Of a stretch of 40,691 nucleotides of DNA, positions 25,578 to 33,994 are shown one piece after another. The notes beneath the pieces were generated by a model. The model did not search any database. It was not told where the DNA came from and saw nothing but the letters and a program-made list of their open reading frames with translations. The DNA is from Phycisphaerales bacterium (GTDB lineage Bacteria; Planctomycetota; Phycisphaerae; SM23-33): assembly GCA_018645065.1 (NCBI GenBank), contig JABGPF010000003.1, forward strand, positions 5,971 to 46,661. The letters are read 5' to 3'. A program made the position numbers and the translations under genes. Each line of letters starts with the position of its first letter. Position 1 is the first letter of the stretch.

Positions 25578-25649
25578 TCAATCAATCTAACTGAAATCCA
25601 GAGCCTCGTTGCATAATTGCAGCGGGGCTCTTGTTTCCTGAGAGGCATC

Positions 25650-27254
25650 ATGCAGAGTGATACGCCGACGCAAGAGTTGACACCCACGGAAGAAAAGCCC
25701 GCTGGTCCAGGCTTCTGGCGAGTGATTTCCAGCACATGGCTTGGCGTTGGGCTGGTGACGGCGTTGGCGGTGCTGTACGGGGTGCTTACGCTGGTCGAGT
25801 TTTATGCCGGCCCCAAGTCGACGTTGCCTCAGGTGGGCAGTCTTTACGCTCACTGGACCGTTGTGACTCTGACGTTCCTGGCGTGCGGAAATCTGGTGTT
25901 CGCCACGGTTCGCATACCTCTTGACTGGCATCGTCTGGGAGCATGGTGCAGCCATCTGGGATTAATGTTCCTTGTGATCGGGTCGGTCTATTTCTGGCGG
26001 ACTCGCACTGAGGGGCAATGTTTCATCGCACGCAATCAGAATGACAGTTGGCCTGTGGTGAGGCATTTTTTCAGATCGACTGATAAGGTCGCATGTCACG
26101 TTTACAACACCCGAGCGATGCAGTCGGGGTCCACGCTGCCCCCGACGGTCCAGACGGTTTTCGACTCTCCAACCGGTCTGGAGCCGGTCGATATCAACGT
26201 CCCGCTGAAAGGAACGCCCAATGGCGTATCGGTAACCGCGACAAAAATATATCCGCGGGCCCAGCTCAGGCAACAATGGTCCAACGAATCGGAGGCTTTT
26301 TCACTTGGCGTAGAGATCGAAGTGTCTCACGGACACCAGTCTGATCGTACAATCATGTGCCAAACCTACGACGACACCGTCCGGTTCGATATGCCCGAAT
26401 GCAGCGTGTTTTTCCAGGCAACGCCAGTGATGAGCAAGGAAGAAATGGATCGCTACAATGCATCCTCGGACCCCGCAAAAAAAATGACGCGTGAGTTCTT
26501 CGCGATCCACTACACCGGTAACGGTAATCCTATGCTGCTTATCGGCGACGCGTCAGGCAACCTGTCAACTCGCCCGTTCGAACCGGGGCAGAGCGTCTCA
26601 ACCTCGCACAAGAATCATCCAACGAGCATCAAATTGATTCGCACGCTTAATCGGGCGCTAAGAGTGATGAGCCCCGAAGTCCCACCGGCGAGCAAGCCGG
26701 GACGGTTGGACGCGGCGATTGAACTGACGATAAACGCCGATGGGCGAACAATCAAACGCGTCGTGCGTTACGGAGCCTATCTTTCAGGACGCCCGACGAT
26801 AATAAATCTCCCCTCAGGCCAGCGCATGTACATCGCTTTTTCGGGCGAATGGTTGGAACTGCCCGAGCCGATCAAGATCGTCAGGCACGAGTTCAAAACC
26901 GCACCAGCGTCTCGAATGCCCGAAGACTATATCTGCGATATGGATATCGGCAGCGGGGTGCATACGCGAAAAGCGACTCTCAAACTGAACTTCCCGATCA
27001 GCATAGGATCTTATCGCCTGCACCAGTCGACATGGCAGCCCAAAGCCGAAACACCGTCGAACTATAACGATCCGGCGGCGATTGTGCTGGGAGTGGCCGA
27101 TCGGCCTGGGATATGGTTGATCTTCGTCGGGAGCATCATGCTGTGTGCGGGCTTCCCATATGCGTTCTACATAAAACCGCTGATCCTCAGAGCCAGGGTT
27201 AAAGCTAAAATTAAAGCTGCAGCAGAGGCCGATGAACGGAGGGCGGAGTTATGA
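25650..27254 (+). CDS. ResB/CcsB-like cytochrome c biogenesis protein (system II)
   Basis: Three N-terminal TMs with the conserved His in WCSHLGL, a large periplasmic domain, LKLNFPI.IGSYRLHQS and DRPGIWLIFVG. Overlaps ccsA at ATGA. Confidence 0.78.
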   Translation: MQSDTPTQELTPTEEKPAGPGFWRVISSTWLGVGLVTALAVLYGVLTLVEFYAGPKSTLPQVGSLYAHWTVVTLTFLACGNLVFATVRIPLDWHRLGAWCSHLGLMFLVIGSVYFWRTRTEGQCFIARNQNDSWPVVRHFFRSTDKVACHVYNTRAMQSGSTLPPTVQTVFDSPTGLEPVDINVPLKGTPNGVSVTATKIYPRAQLRQQWSNESEAFSLGVEIEVSHGHQSDRTIMCQTYDDTVRFDMPECSVFFQATPVMSKEEMDRYNASSDPAKKMTREFFAIHYTGNGNPMLLIGDASGNLSTRPFEPGQSVSTSHKNHPTSIKLIRTLNRALRVMSPEVPPASKPGRLDAAIELTINADGRTIKRVVRYGAYLSGRPTIINLPSGQRMYIAFSGEWLELPEPIKIVRHEFKTAPASRMPEDYICDMDIGSGVHTRKATLKLNFPISIGSYRLHQSTWQPKAETPSNYNDPAAIVLGVADRPGIWLIFVGSIMLCAGFPYAFYIKPLILRARVKAKIKAAAEADERRAEL

Positions 27255-28999
27255 ACTATCGCAAACTTATTCTGATGACGACATGTCTGCTTGCCGCGAT
27301 CGTTTCGGGTTGCGGTGAGAAGCAGACCGAAGTGACGGAAGATCGAATTTTTGATGATGAGACGGTCGCGTTTTTCGAGAAGTTGGATATCGAATCCTTG
27401 CGAACGCTCGCCGCTCAATACGGTGGTCGTGCTGCAGGCGCGTTGGATTCGCTGGCGACTGACGCTGTGTTGCAAATAACAGGGTCCGAGACGCCCGACG
27501 GAGTTCCGGCGTCGGCGGTCTATATCGAGTTCTACTTCAATGCGGGCAAGTACCTCAACAAGCCGGTGATTTTTGTTAAGTCGAAGAAACTCCGCCGGGT
27601 CGTCACCGATAATCTGCGGGATTCGGATCTGAAAACGTTTCAGCGGACAAAACGAATCCCGCCGGCGGCCATTATGCTCGGTTCCGGCCAGACGCTAATG
27701 GAAATGCTCTCGCAGGATATGGATGTCAGGCGGATGGCGATGGCGGGTCGAATCGACAGGGATGATGTGCAACGTGTCAGGCCTGTAGGCACGCTGGGCG
27801 ACCGCTGGGGCCATTTAATTGACGACGAGGCCTACCGCATGCCTCTTGGACGCCTGAGCGGTAGATACGAGGCGTTTGTGAACATTGACCTGCGATTACT
27901 CCCGGGTTCCGGTTCGAATTGGATCAGCACCAATGAGGTCCTGGCGCCTCTAGGCGGGCATGTGCATACCGACGGATGCGACCTTATCTCCGATCTACGC
28001 AAGACCTGGAAGAATCGTGACGTTGAGGGCGTTAACGCGACGCTCGCCAAGATCACGAAACTGGCCTCCGAAAGTGACGCTTATCCCACCGACTCGCGAA
28101 TGAGATGGGAGTTGTTGTACAATGCATCGCATAAGGGGCATCCGGCGTTTGCGGGGTTTGTCATTGCGTTTATTTTGTTCATCGTGGCTATATCGTCGGA
28201 CAATCGCTTTTTCCGCACGATGGCGATGTTGATGCTCTCGCTGTCGACTCTGGTGATAGGGTCGGCATGGGTGCTCAGATGGATTATCGGCGGAGAGGCT
28301 TGGTATTTGCCCCCGATGATGACACAGTACGGCGCGATGGTTTCGTCGGCGGTGCTCGCTGCGGTGCTCGCGGTATTTATCGAACTGTTCCGCAAGTCCA
28401 ATTACATCGGATTGGCCGCTGCGTTTTACGCTGCTGCGGTGCTGGTGTGGGTCTACTTCGGTAATGTCCTGTTCCCCGGTTCGGTCGATAGTTCGGTGGG
28501 GGGCGTACGAGGGATACTCAAACACGGTCTGATGATTGTGCACGTCTCAGTGATTGTCGTAGGACACGCACTGGCCGGGATGTCAGTTGTCACTTCCGTC
28601 GCATATTTGATTATCGCCGCGATCAACGGTTTTGACGATAAGTCGCCGAGTTCACCGCCCGGTTTGTTTGGTCCGGTGGGCGAATCATCGCTGGCCTCTG
28701 CCGATCGCTGCAACCTGATCTTAGCTCAGGTCGCGTGCTGGACGCTTATCGTGGGTACGTTGCTTGGAGCCTGGTGGGCCGACGACGCATGGTCACGCTG
28801 GTGGGGTTGGGACCCGAAGGAAACCTGGGCGCTTATTACGTGTCTGTTCTTCGTTGCCGTGCTGCACGTGCGTTTGGTGGCCCCGTCGAAATATCGCGGG
28901 CTTGTCACCGCTGTGGGCTGCATACTTGGCGGATTTGCGATGCTGTTCAACTGGTTCGTGGTGAACTACGTGTTCTCCGGGCTGCACTCTTACGGTTGA
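27251..28999 (+). CDS. ccsA: Cytochrome c biogenesis protein CcsA/ResC with an N-terminal periplasmic extension
   Basis: WWD domain GAWWADDAWSRWWGWDPKETW. Histidines in IVHVS, VLHVR and GLHSYG. Confidence 0.92.
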   Translation: MNYRKLILMTTCLLAAIVSGCGEKQTEVTEDRIFDDETVAFFEKLDIESLRTLAAQYGGRAAGALDSLATDAVLQITGSETPDGVPASAVYIEFYFNAGKYLNKPVIFVKSKKLRRVVTDNLRDSDLKTFQRTKRIPPAAIMLGSGQTLMEMLSQDMDVRRMAMAGRIDRDDVQRVRPVGTLGDRWGHLIDDEAYRMPLGRLSGRYEAFVNIDLRLLPGSGSNWISTNEVLAPLGGHVHTDGCDLISDLRKTWKNRDVEGVNATLAKITKLASESDAYPTDSRMRWELLYNASHKGHPAFAGFVIAFILFIVAISSDNRFFRTMAMLMLSLSTLVIGSAWVLRWIIGGEAWYLPPMMTQYGAMVSSAVLAAVLAVFIELFRKSNYIGLAAAFYAAAVLVWVYFGNVLFPGSVDSSVGGVRGILKHGLMIVHVSVIVVGHALAGMSVVTSVAYLIIAAINGFDDKSPSSPPGLFGPVGESSLASADRCNLILAQVACWTLIVGTLLGAWWADDAWSRWWGWDPKETWALITCLFFVAVLHVRLVAPSKYRGLVTAVGCILGGFAMLFNWFVVNYVFSGLHSYG

Positions 29000-29020
29000 T
29001 CGCAGCGGGGGGGGCTTGCT

Positions 29021-29968
29021 CTACGAGCAGAGCGCCATAACCAGTTCCTGTAGTGCAGATTTGGGGTTCTGACCGGACTTCATACCGAGATCGGCGTCGA
29101 TCAGGGATTTCATGTCGGCTTTTAATTTCGCCAGGCTCCGTCGCCTCAGCATGCCCATAAAAGCGTTCTTTTGATTGTAAGGCATTTTGAGGTTCGCCTT
29201 TCCGGTGGCGGCGATTTCCTGCTGGGCTTGCAGAGCTCTTCGCAGGTGCCATGCTATTGTCCCCAACGCCTGGAATTCGGCTCCGCGTATCTTGAGCGTC
29301 CCGTCGAGCGCCTTGAGGGCTCCTGGGGTGTCACCGTCGGTAATTGCGTTGGTAAGAGCGAACGCCACCGGACCGGCGGTGGCGGTGACTACGTCGGATA
29401 CGTCTTGCGGGGTAATGGTGTCGCGATCACCTATGTACAGGCAGAGCTTCTCGATTTCAGCGTTCTGTGCAGCCAGGTTCCTGCCGATCCACTGTTCGAG
29501 CATCGATGCGCTCTGGGGATCGATCTTCTTGCCTCGCTTGCCCGAGGCCTTTGTTAACCACTGCTGAAGCGAACTGGCGTCGGGCAGCTTGCAGTTGAAA
29601 ATTTCACCAACTTTTTTCACCGCTTTCGCCAGGCGTGTATTGCCCGGGAACGATGAGACTATCAACACCAGCGCCGAAGTCTCGCAGGGGTTATCTACGT
29701 ACTCCTCGAGCTTCTGACGATTCTTGCTTATAAATGAATCCGCGTTGCGCACGAGGACCACTCTCGCCGGAGCCAGGAACGGCAGCGTTCTCAGTTCGTC
29801 CATGACAGCGGCGAGTTCCGGATCGTCACCGCCGTCGAAGTTTGCGATGCACGTTTGCGGATCGGCCTGTCCTACGACGCGCGAGATGATATCGGCGCGA
29901 TAGTGATCCTGGAGGAATCCATCGCTTCCGGACAGGACGTATACAGGTTTGAATCCTTCACTGGCCAT
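29021..29968 (-). CDS. holA: DNA polymerase III delta subunit
   Basis: KPVYVLSG.D.FL, ELRTLPFLAP.RVVLV, EIEKLCLY, F.L.NAI..G and ADLGMKSG. ATG 29968. Confidence 0.88.
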   Translation of the reverse strand: MASEGFKPVYVLSGSDGFLQDHYRADIISRVVGQADPQTCIANFDGGDDPELAAVMDELRTLPFLAPARVVLVRNADSFISKNRQKLEEYVDNPCETSALVLIVSSFPGNTRLAKAVKKVGEIFNCKLPDASSLQQWLTKASGKRGKKIDPQSASMLEQWIGRNLAAQNAEIEKLCLYIGDRDTITPQDVSDVVTATAGPVAFALTNAITDGDTPGALKALDGTLKIRGAEFQALGTIAWHLRRALQAQQEIAATGKANLKMPYNQKNAFMGMLRRRSLAKLKADMKSLIDADLGMKSGQNPKSALQELVMALCS

Positions 29969-30103
29969 GATAGTTTCACACCGAAAAACGGTGTGTCCAT
30001 AATACACAAAAGCAACCGTGGAGCCTTACGATTTCACAATGATAGGAAATCCGGCTTCGGTTGCAAATGTGAATAGGCTTTTGTGTAACGTCTGAGGCTT
30101 GGT

Positions 30104-30226
30104 TTACATCTGGTTGTCACGGTATTTCTTGTAGAAAATGATCAAGCCGATCAGGACAAACAGCAGAACGATCTGCCACCAAGTAACCAAACCGTTAAAA
30201 AGACCGAGTGTGTTCAATTGGGTCAT
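30104..30226 (-). CDS. 40-aa single-pass membrane peptide (not in the ORF track)
   Basis: AGGAG 8 nt before the ATG. Translation MTQLNTLGLFNGLVTWWQIVLLFVLIGLIIFYKKYRDNQM* has a clean TM helix followed by a basic tail. Confidence 0.75.
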   Translation of the reverse strand: MTQLNTLGLFNGLVTWWQIVLLFVLIGLIIFYKKYRDNQM

Positions 30227-30390
30227 GCTTTAAACTCCTGGACAAAGAACAAGTAATTAAGCCACGTAATACAAATACATTCTACACCCTAATTAGTGCA
30301 TATCCTACATCTGGGGTCAAGAAAAAAAAGGTTCTTTGGCCCGAAAGTGTATCTGTGAGAGGAATTTGTCTTGAGCGAGTGGATATTCGA

Positions 30391-30470
30391 CACAGAGACT
30401 CAGAGGCTCAGAGAACGGCAAACGGCAACGACGCGAAAGATGTTAACGGCAAATGGCGAGAACACAGAGG
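30391..30470 (+). repeat. Degenerate short tandem repeats
   Basis: cacagaga-ctcagagg-ctcagaga, then acggca-aacggca-acg...aacggca-aatggcg, then aacacagagg. Confidence 0.55.
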
Positions 30471-30525
30471 ACGACAACCGCAGCGATAGGATCGCTGTGG
30501 CACAAGCCTCTTCCGTTTCTGTTTG

Positions 30526-31629
30526 TTACAGATTTGCGAGTCTTTGGGCCTTGTCGTGGGATACCAGGGCGTCTAGCATACCGTCGAGATCGCCTAAAAT
30601 AATTCGATCAAGGTTGAAGTTTGCGCCTTCCTGCCCTTCACCTTTGAGTCGATGATCGGTGCATCTGTTCTGCGGGAAGTTGTATGTTCTGATCCGTTGG
30701 CTTCGATCGCCCGATCCGATCATGGTTTTTCGGGTGGCTGCTTCTGCTGCTCGTTGCTTGTTTTGATGATGCTCGTAGAGGCGTGTTGTGAGAATTCGTC
30801 GCGCCTTGGCGCGGTTCTTGTGCTGACTTTTCTCGTCTCGCATCGAGACGGTGATCCCAGTTTCGATGTGTTCGAGTTTTATCGCCGATTCGATTTTGTT
30901 TACGCTCTGCCCGCCCGGTCCGCCGGCGCGACTCACGAATTCGTTTACGTCGTTCGCCCAGTCGATTTTCACGTCGATTTCTTTCGGTTCGGCCAGGACC
31001 GCCACCGTTGCCGCCGAAGTGTGAACCCGTCCCTGCGATTCGGTTTTCGGTACTCGTTGTACGCGATGTCCACCGCCTTCGTAGCCGAGGCGACTCCATA
31101 CGCCATGGCCCTTAATGTTCAAGACCAGTTCGCGGAACCCGCCCATTTCGGTAGGTCTCGCCGATAGTACTTCGAACTTCCATTTTCTACCTTCGGCGTA
31201 TCGTCGGTACATTCCCAGCAGATCCGCCGCGAAGAGCGCCGCTTCGTCTCCGCCCGTTCCTGCGCGTATTTCCACCAGGATCGAGTCGATATCGCTGTCC
31301 TTGCTCATTACGAGCAGGCCCTTGATGTCTTCCATGGCGTCGGTGGCTTGGTGTTTCAGACCGTCGAGTTCAGCCGAGGCAATTTCTTTCAGATCGGCGT
31401 CTTCGTCCGGGTCGTCGACGAGCCCCTGTGCCTCGTCGCGTTCCTCGCATATCTTCATGTAGTTGCGATAGGGGAGTACAATTCTGGCCAGCCCGGCGTG
31501 CTCCTTCGACAGTGCGATGATCTTGTTAGGGTCGCACGCGATCTCCGGATCGTTCATCTGCTCGGCGACATCGGTGAAGTGGCGATCAAGTTCGTCGAGC
31601 TTGTCTATTAATGTGTTTGAACTGGCCAT
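30526..31629 (-). CDS. prfA: Peptide chain release factor 1
   Basis: EIRAGTGGDEAALF, HRVQRVPKTESQGRVHTS (RF1 PxT motif), GPGGQ and IRTYNFPQNR.TDHR. ATG 31629. Confidence 0.97.
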   Translation of the reverse strand: MASSNTLIDKLDELDRHFTDVAEQMNDPEIACDPNKIIALSKEHAGLARIVLPYRNYMKICEERDEAQGLVDDPDEDADLKEIASAELDGLKHQATDAMEDIKGLLVMSKDSDIDSILVEIRAGTGGDEAALFAADLLGMYRRYAEGRKWKFEVLSARPTEMGGFRELVLNIKGHGVWSRLGYEGGGHRVQRVPKTESQGRVHTSAATVAVLAEPKEIDVKIDWANDVNEFVSRAGGPGGQSVNKIESAIKLEHIETGITVSMRDEKSQHKNRAKARRILTTRLYEHHQNKQRAAEAATRKTMIGSGDRSQRIRTYNFPQNRCTDHRLKGEGQEGANFNLDRIILGDLDGMLDALVSHDKAQRLANL

Positions 31630-31699
31630 GGTGTTTTCCTGGATCAGAAATACGCGTCGTTCATTTGTGATTCGATTCGGCCCGATTGTGTGATTGCGC

Positions 31700-31739
31700 A
31701 AAAACGCCGACGCGCCCTTGAGGGTTAGACGTCGGCGTT
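31700..31739 (-). terminator. Rho-independent terminator between rpmE and prfA
   Basis: Minus strand AACGCCGACG...CGTCGGCGTT (10-bp stem, inner CCC-TCAA-GGG), running into a T tract. Confidence 0.65.
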
Positions 31740-31756
31740 ATATTGGGATGAAGAAG

Positions 31757-31972
31757 CTACTTTTTGCTGAAGTAGTTTCCGCCAAACTTCTTCTGGAACT
31801 TCTCAACGCGTCCTGCTGTGTCCACAAACTTCTGCTTGCCGGTGTAGAACGGGTGGCAGCTTGAGCATATGTCAACCTGTACGTCACCGCCGGCTGAGCA
31901 TGTCTGGAACGTCGATCCGCAAGCGCATCTTACGTTTATTTCTTTGTATTCCGGATGTATTTTTGCCTTCAT
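31757..31972 (-). CDS. rpmE: 50S ribosomal protein L31, Zn-binding form
   Basis: MKAKIHPEY...CACG...[26 protein letters not shown]. Confidence 0.98.
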   Translation of the reverse strand: MKAKIHPEYKEINVRCACGSTFQTCSAGGDVQVDICSSCHPFYTGKQKFVDTAGRVEKFQKKFGGNYFSKK

Positions 31973-32012
31973 GGTGCTGCCTCTTAGTATTTTCTAGGAT
32001 AACGAACGGAGC

Positions 32013-32041
32013 AGTATACCGATAATAGCGATATAGATCAA
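32013..32041 (-). promoter_or_regulatory. Candidate sigma70 promoter of rpmE-prfA
   Basis: TTGATC-N17-TATACT on the minus strand. Confidence 0.6.
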
Positions 32042-32113
32042 GCGCAAATTCCAGGCAAATACGGCCTGATTGGGATTATCAGTTCACTCGATTTTTCGGT
32101 TGGTTTGGATCGT

Positions 32114-32782
32114 CTACTCTTTTCCGCGGTAGGCGTCGTGATACGGGCCTACGTGCCCCCTGGATTCCGCCCAGGCTTGTCTTATTCCGCTGATGGCTGC
32201 TTTTCGCTCTGCGGGCGTGCCTTTCGGGTTGAACTCGTATTTCCGCCCGAATATTTTAGTCGCCGCCACATGAGCCCGGCGCCGCACGTCAGGATCATCA
32301 TCGCCCATCAAGTCCAGTACTGACTCCATGTTGTTGTAGTCGCGAAGGTTACCTATCGCCGTAGCTATCGCGACTTTCACTTGTGCTTCTTTTTCTTCTT
32401 TCAGGGCGGTTATCAGGACTTTGGTCATTTCCTTTGCGAGGGGACGCTGTGCAGGGGTCGCTTTTTTAATGGCTTTGGCGATCGTAAGTGCTGCTTCGGC
32501 ACGTAGTTCAACCTTTTCATTCTTCAGGAGAATGGACCCCAGCGTCGGTAGTGCCTTTGCGCCCTGAGGCGCCATTGTCCGGATAGCGGTCTTGGCGAGT
32601 TTTGGCGGGTACGTCTCAGCTTTTTCCGCCAGGCCCTCAATATTTCCGTTAATACCATCTTGGCGTATAGCCTCCAGTTCGGGCGACAGATCGCTGGCCA
32701 GCGCAAAGCTCCAGACGACCCAAATCGCCAGGATGGCTGCTACTCCGATCATAATGCGCAGATGCATTGGGATATTGTTCAC
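32114..32782 (-). CDS. Membrane-anchored HEAT-repeat protein
   Basis: GGAG RBS and GTG start. N-terminal TM. Repeats ELRAEAALTI, AQVKVAIATAIG and DDDPDVRRRA. Confidence 0.8.
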   Translation of the reverse strand: MNNIPMHLRIMIGVAAILAIWVVWSFALASDLSPELEAIRQDGINGNIEGLAEKAETYPPKLAKTAIRTMAPQGAKALPTLGSILLKNEKVELRAEAALTIAKAIKKATPAQRPLAKEMTKVLITALKEEKEAQVKVAIATAIGNLRDYNNMESVLDLMGDDDPDVRRRAHVAATKIFGRKYEFNPKGTPAERKAAISGIRQAWAESRGHVGPYHDAYRGKE

Positions 32783-32829
32783 TTCGTATGGCTCCAGGCG
32801 GGCAGTTTGCGAGTGTTATTTCGGTTTGA

Positions 32830-33876
32830 TCAGGGGCGCCAGTAGGCCCTTTCGGTATCGAGATTGTCCGGGTTTATATCTTCAGGGTCCATCATTTGTA
32901 CTGATCCGTCGACGAACAGTACGTTCATATATCCACTGTGGCGCGCGAATACCGGGATGCTGCTGTTTTCGGGGTTCGGATGATCTGACCAGTCATCGTC
33001 GGACGAGGCGATGAGTATGTGATAATCCATCAACATTACGCTGCCTGGCGTGTCCATGTTATTTGGAACGTGGATGTTCATTCCGTAGCTGGATACGATC
33101 CCCGTTGTTCCCACGGTTATCGGGGGGAGCGAACCGGGCGTGGTGTTGCTTTTTACATACGCCAGTTCGGCGTCGTCGATTTTACTGTGGATTGTGTTCC
33201 TGTGCCCGGTGAAACCGGAACGGCATTCAAGCATATATCCCGCGTCGGTTACCGTGACTTTGATCATTACGTCTTTGAAGTCCGCATCACCACCGTGGTC
33301 TTCCAGGCACAACCAGTACGGGTTGGCGTTTTTTTCTGATCCGTCTTCGTATCTTGTGCGCGGGAAGTTGTTGGATGCACTTGAGTTGCCGAGCCACCCG
33401 TCGGCTATGGCTTTGTGGTAGTTGGCGTCGGAGAGCTTCACGGCCCATGGTCCGCTGCCCATGGGTTCGGTAAAGACCCTGCTCCCACTGACGACCTTGA
33501 AGTAAGCCAGGTCCTCAAGCGGAAGGGGCGGTTCCTCTTTTATGTTTTGTTCACCAACAATATATGCGTATTCGGGGCAGACCATCAGGGTTTTGGTTCC
33601 GTCGAGATACTTCGCCAGCGTGCTCTGCCACAACAGCGGTTGAACTTGATCGCGACCTTCAGCGGACTCAGCTTGCGTTACTGCTTTTGCGAGCTCTTTG
33701 AGGCGAGTTTGGCATTCAGTGGTGCGCCCAACTGTGAACACCGATGTGAGGCTCGGGGAAATCAGCGCAACCAGAAGCGCAATAATAGCGACCACAACCA
33801 ACAGTTCAATCAGTGTAAAGCCGCGCCGCTCCGGCCGCCCAGTCTGCCAAACGCCAATTTTAATGCGACCACTCAT
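32830..33876 (-). CDS. Prepilin-type N-methylation / H-X9-DG domain protein (DUF1559-like)
   Basis: RGFTLIELLVVVAIIALLVAL at the N-terminus, C...LKEL, and C-terminal RHSGYMNVLFVDGSV. Confidence 0.9.
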   Translation of the reverse strand: MSGRIKIGVWQTGRPERRGFTLIELLVVVAIIALLVALISPSLTSVFTVGRTTECQTRLKELAKAVTQAESAEGRDQVQPLLWQSTLAKYLDGTKTLMVCPEYAYIVGEQNIKEEPPLPLEDLAYFKVVSGSRVFTEPMGSGPWAVKLSDANYHKAIADGWLGNSSASNNFPRTRYEDGSEKNANPYWLCLEDHGGDADFKDVMIKVTVTDAGYMLECRSGFTGHRNTIHSKIDDAELAYVKSNTTPGSLPPITVGTTGIVSSYGMNIHVPNNMDTPGSVMLMDYHILIASSDDDWSDHPNPENSSIPVFARHSGYMNVLFVDGSVQMMDPEDINPDNLDTERAYWRP

Positions 33877-33915
33877 ATGGAGTGACTCCTATCAATCGGA
33901 TAAATAACTGCTCTT

Positions 33916-33945
33916 ATTGTATCGGATTCGGAAGGTGTTGAGCAA
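33916..33945 (-). promoter_or_regulatory. Candidate sigma70-type promoter of the prepilin-HEAT pair
   Basis: TTGCTC-N18-TACAAT on the minus strand. Confidence 0.4.
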
Positions 33946-33994
33946 CGCAAAAAGAGTTTGTTGCAGTTAATCGAGTTTAATATCAATTAGTGAT

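Noticed and set aside
29977-29995. CACACCG-AAAAA-CGGTGTG hairpin just upstream of holA
   Set aside because: It is a real 7-bp palindrome, but too short to assign a function and compatible with chance.
30391-30470. CRISPR array
   Set aside because: The units are 7-8 nt, degenerate and lack spacers, and there are no cas genes. No CRISPR, tRNA or rRNA was recognised anywhere in the window.
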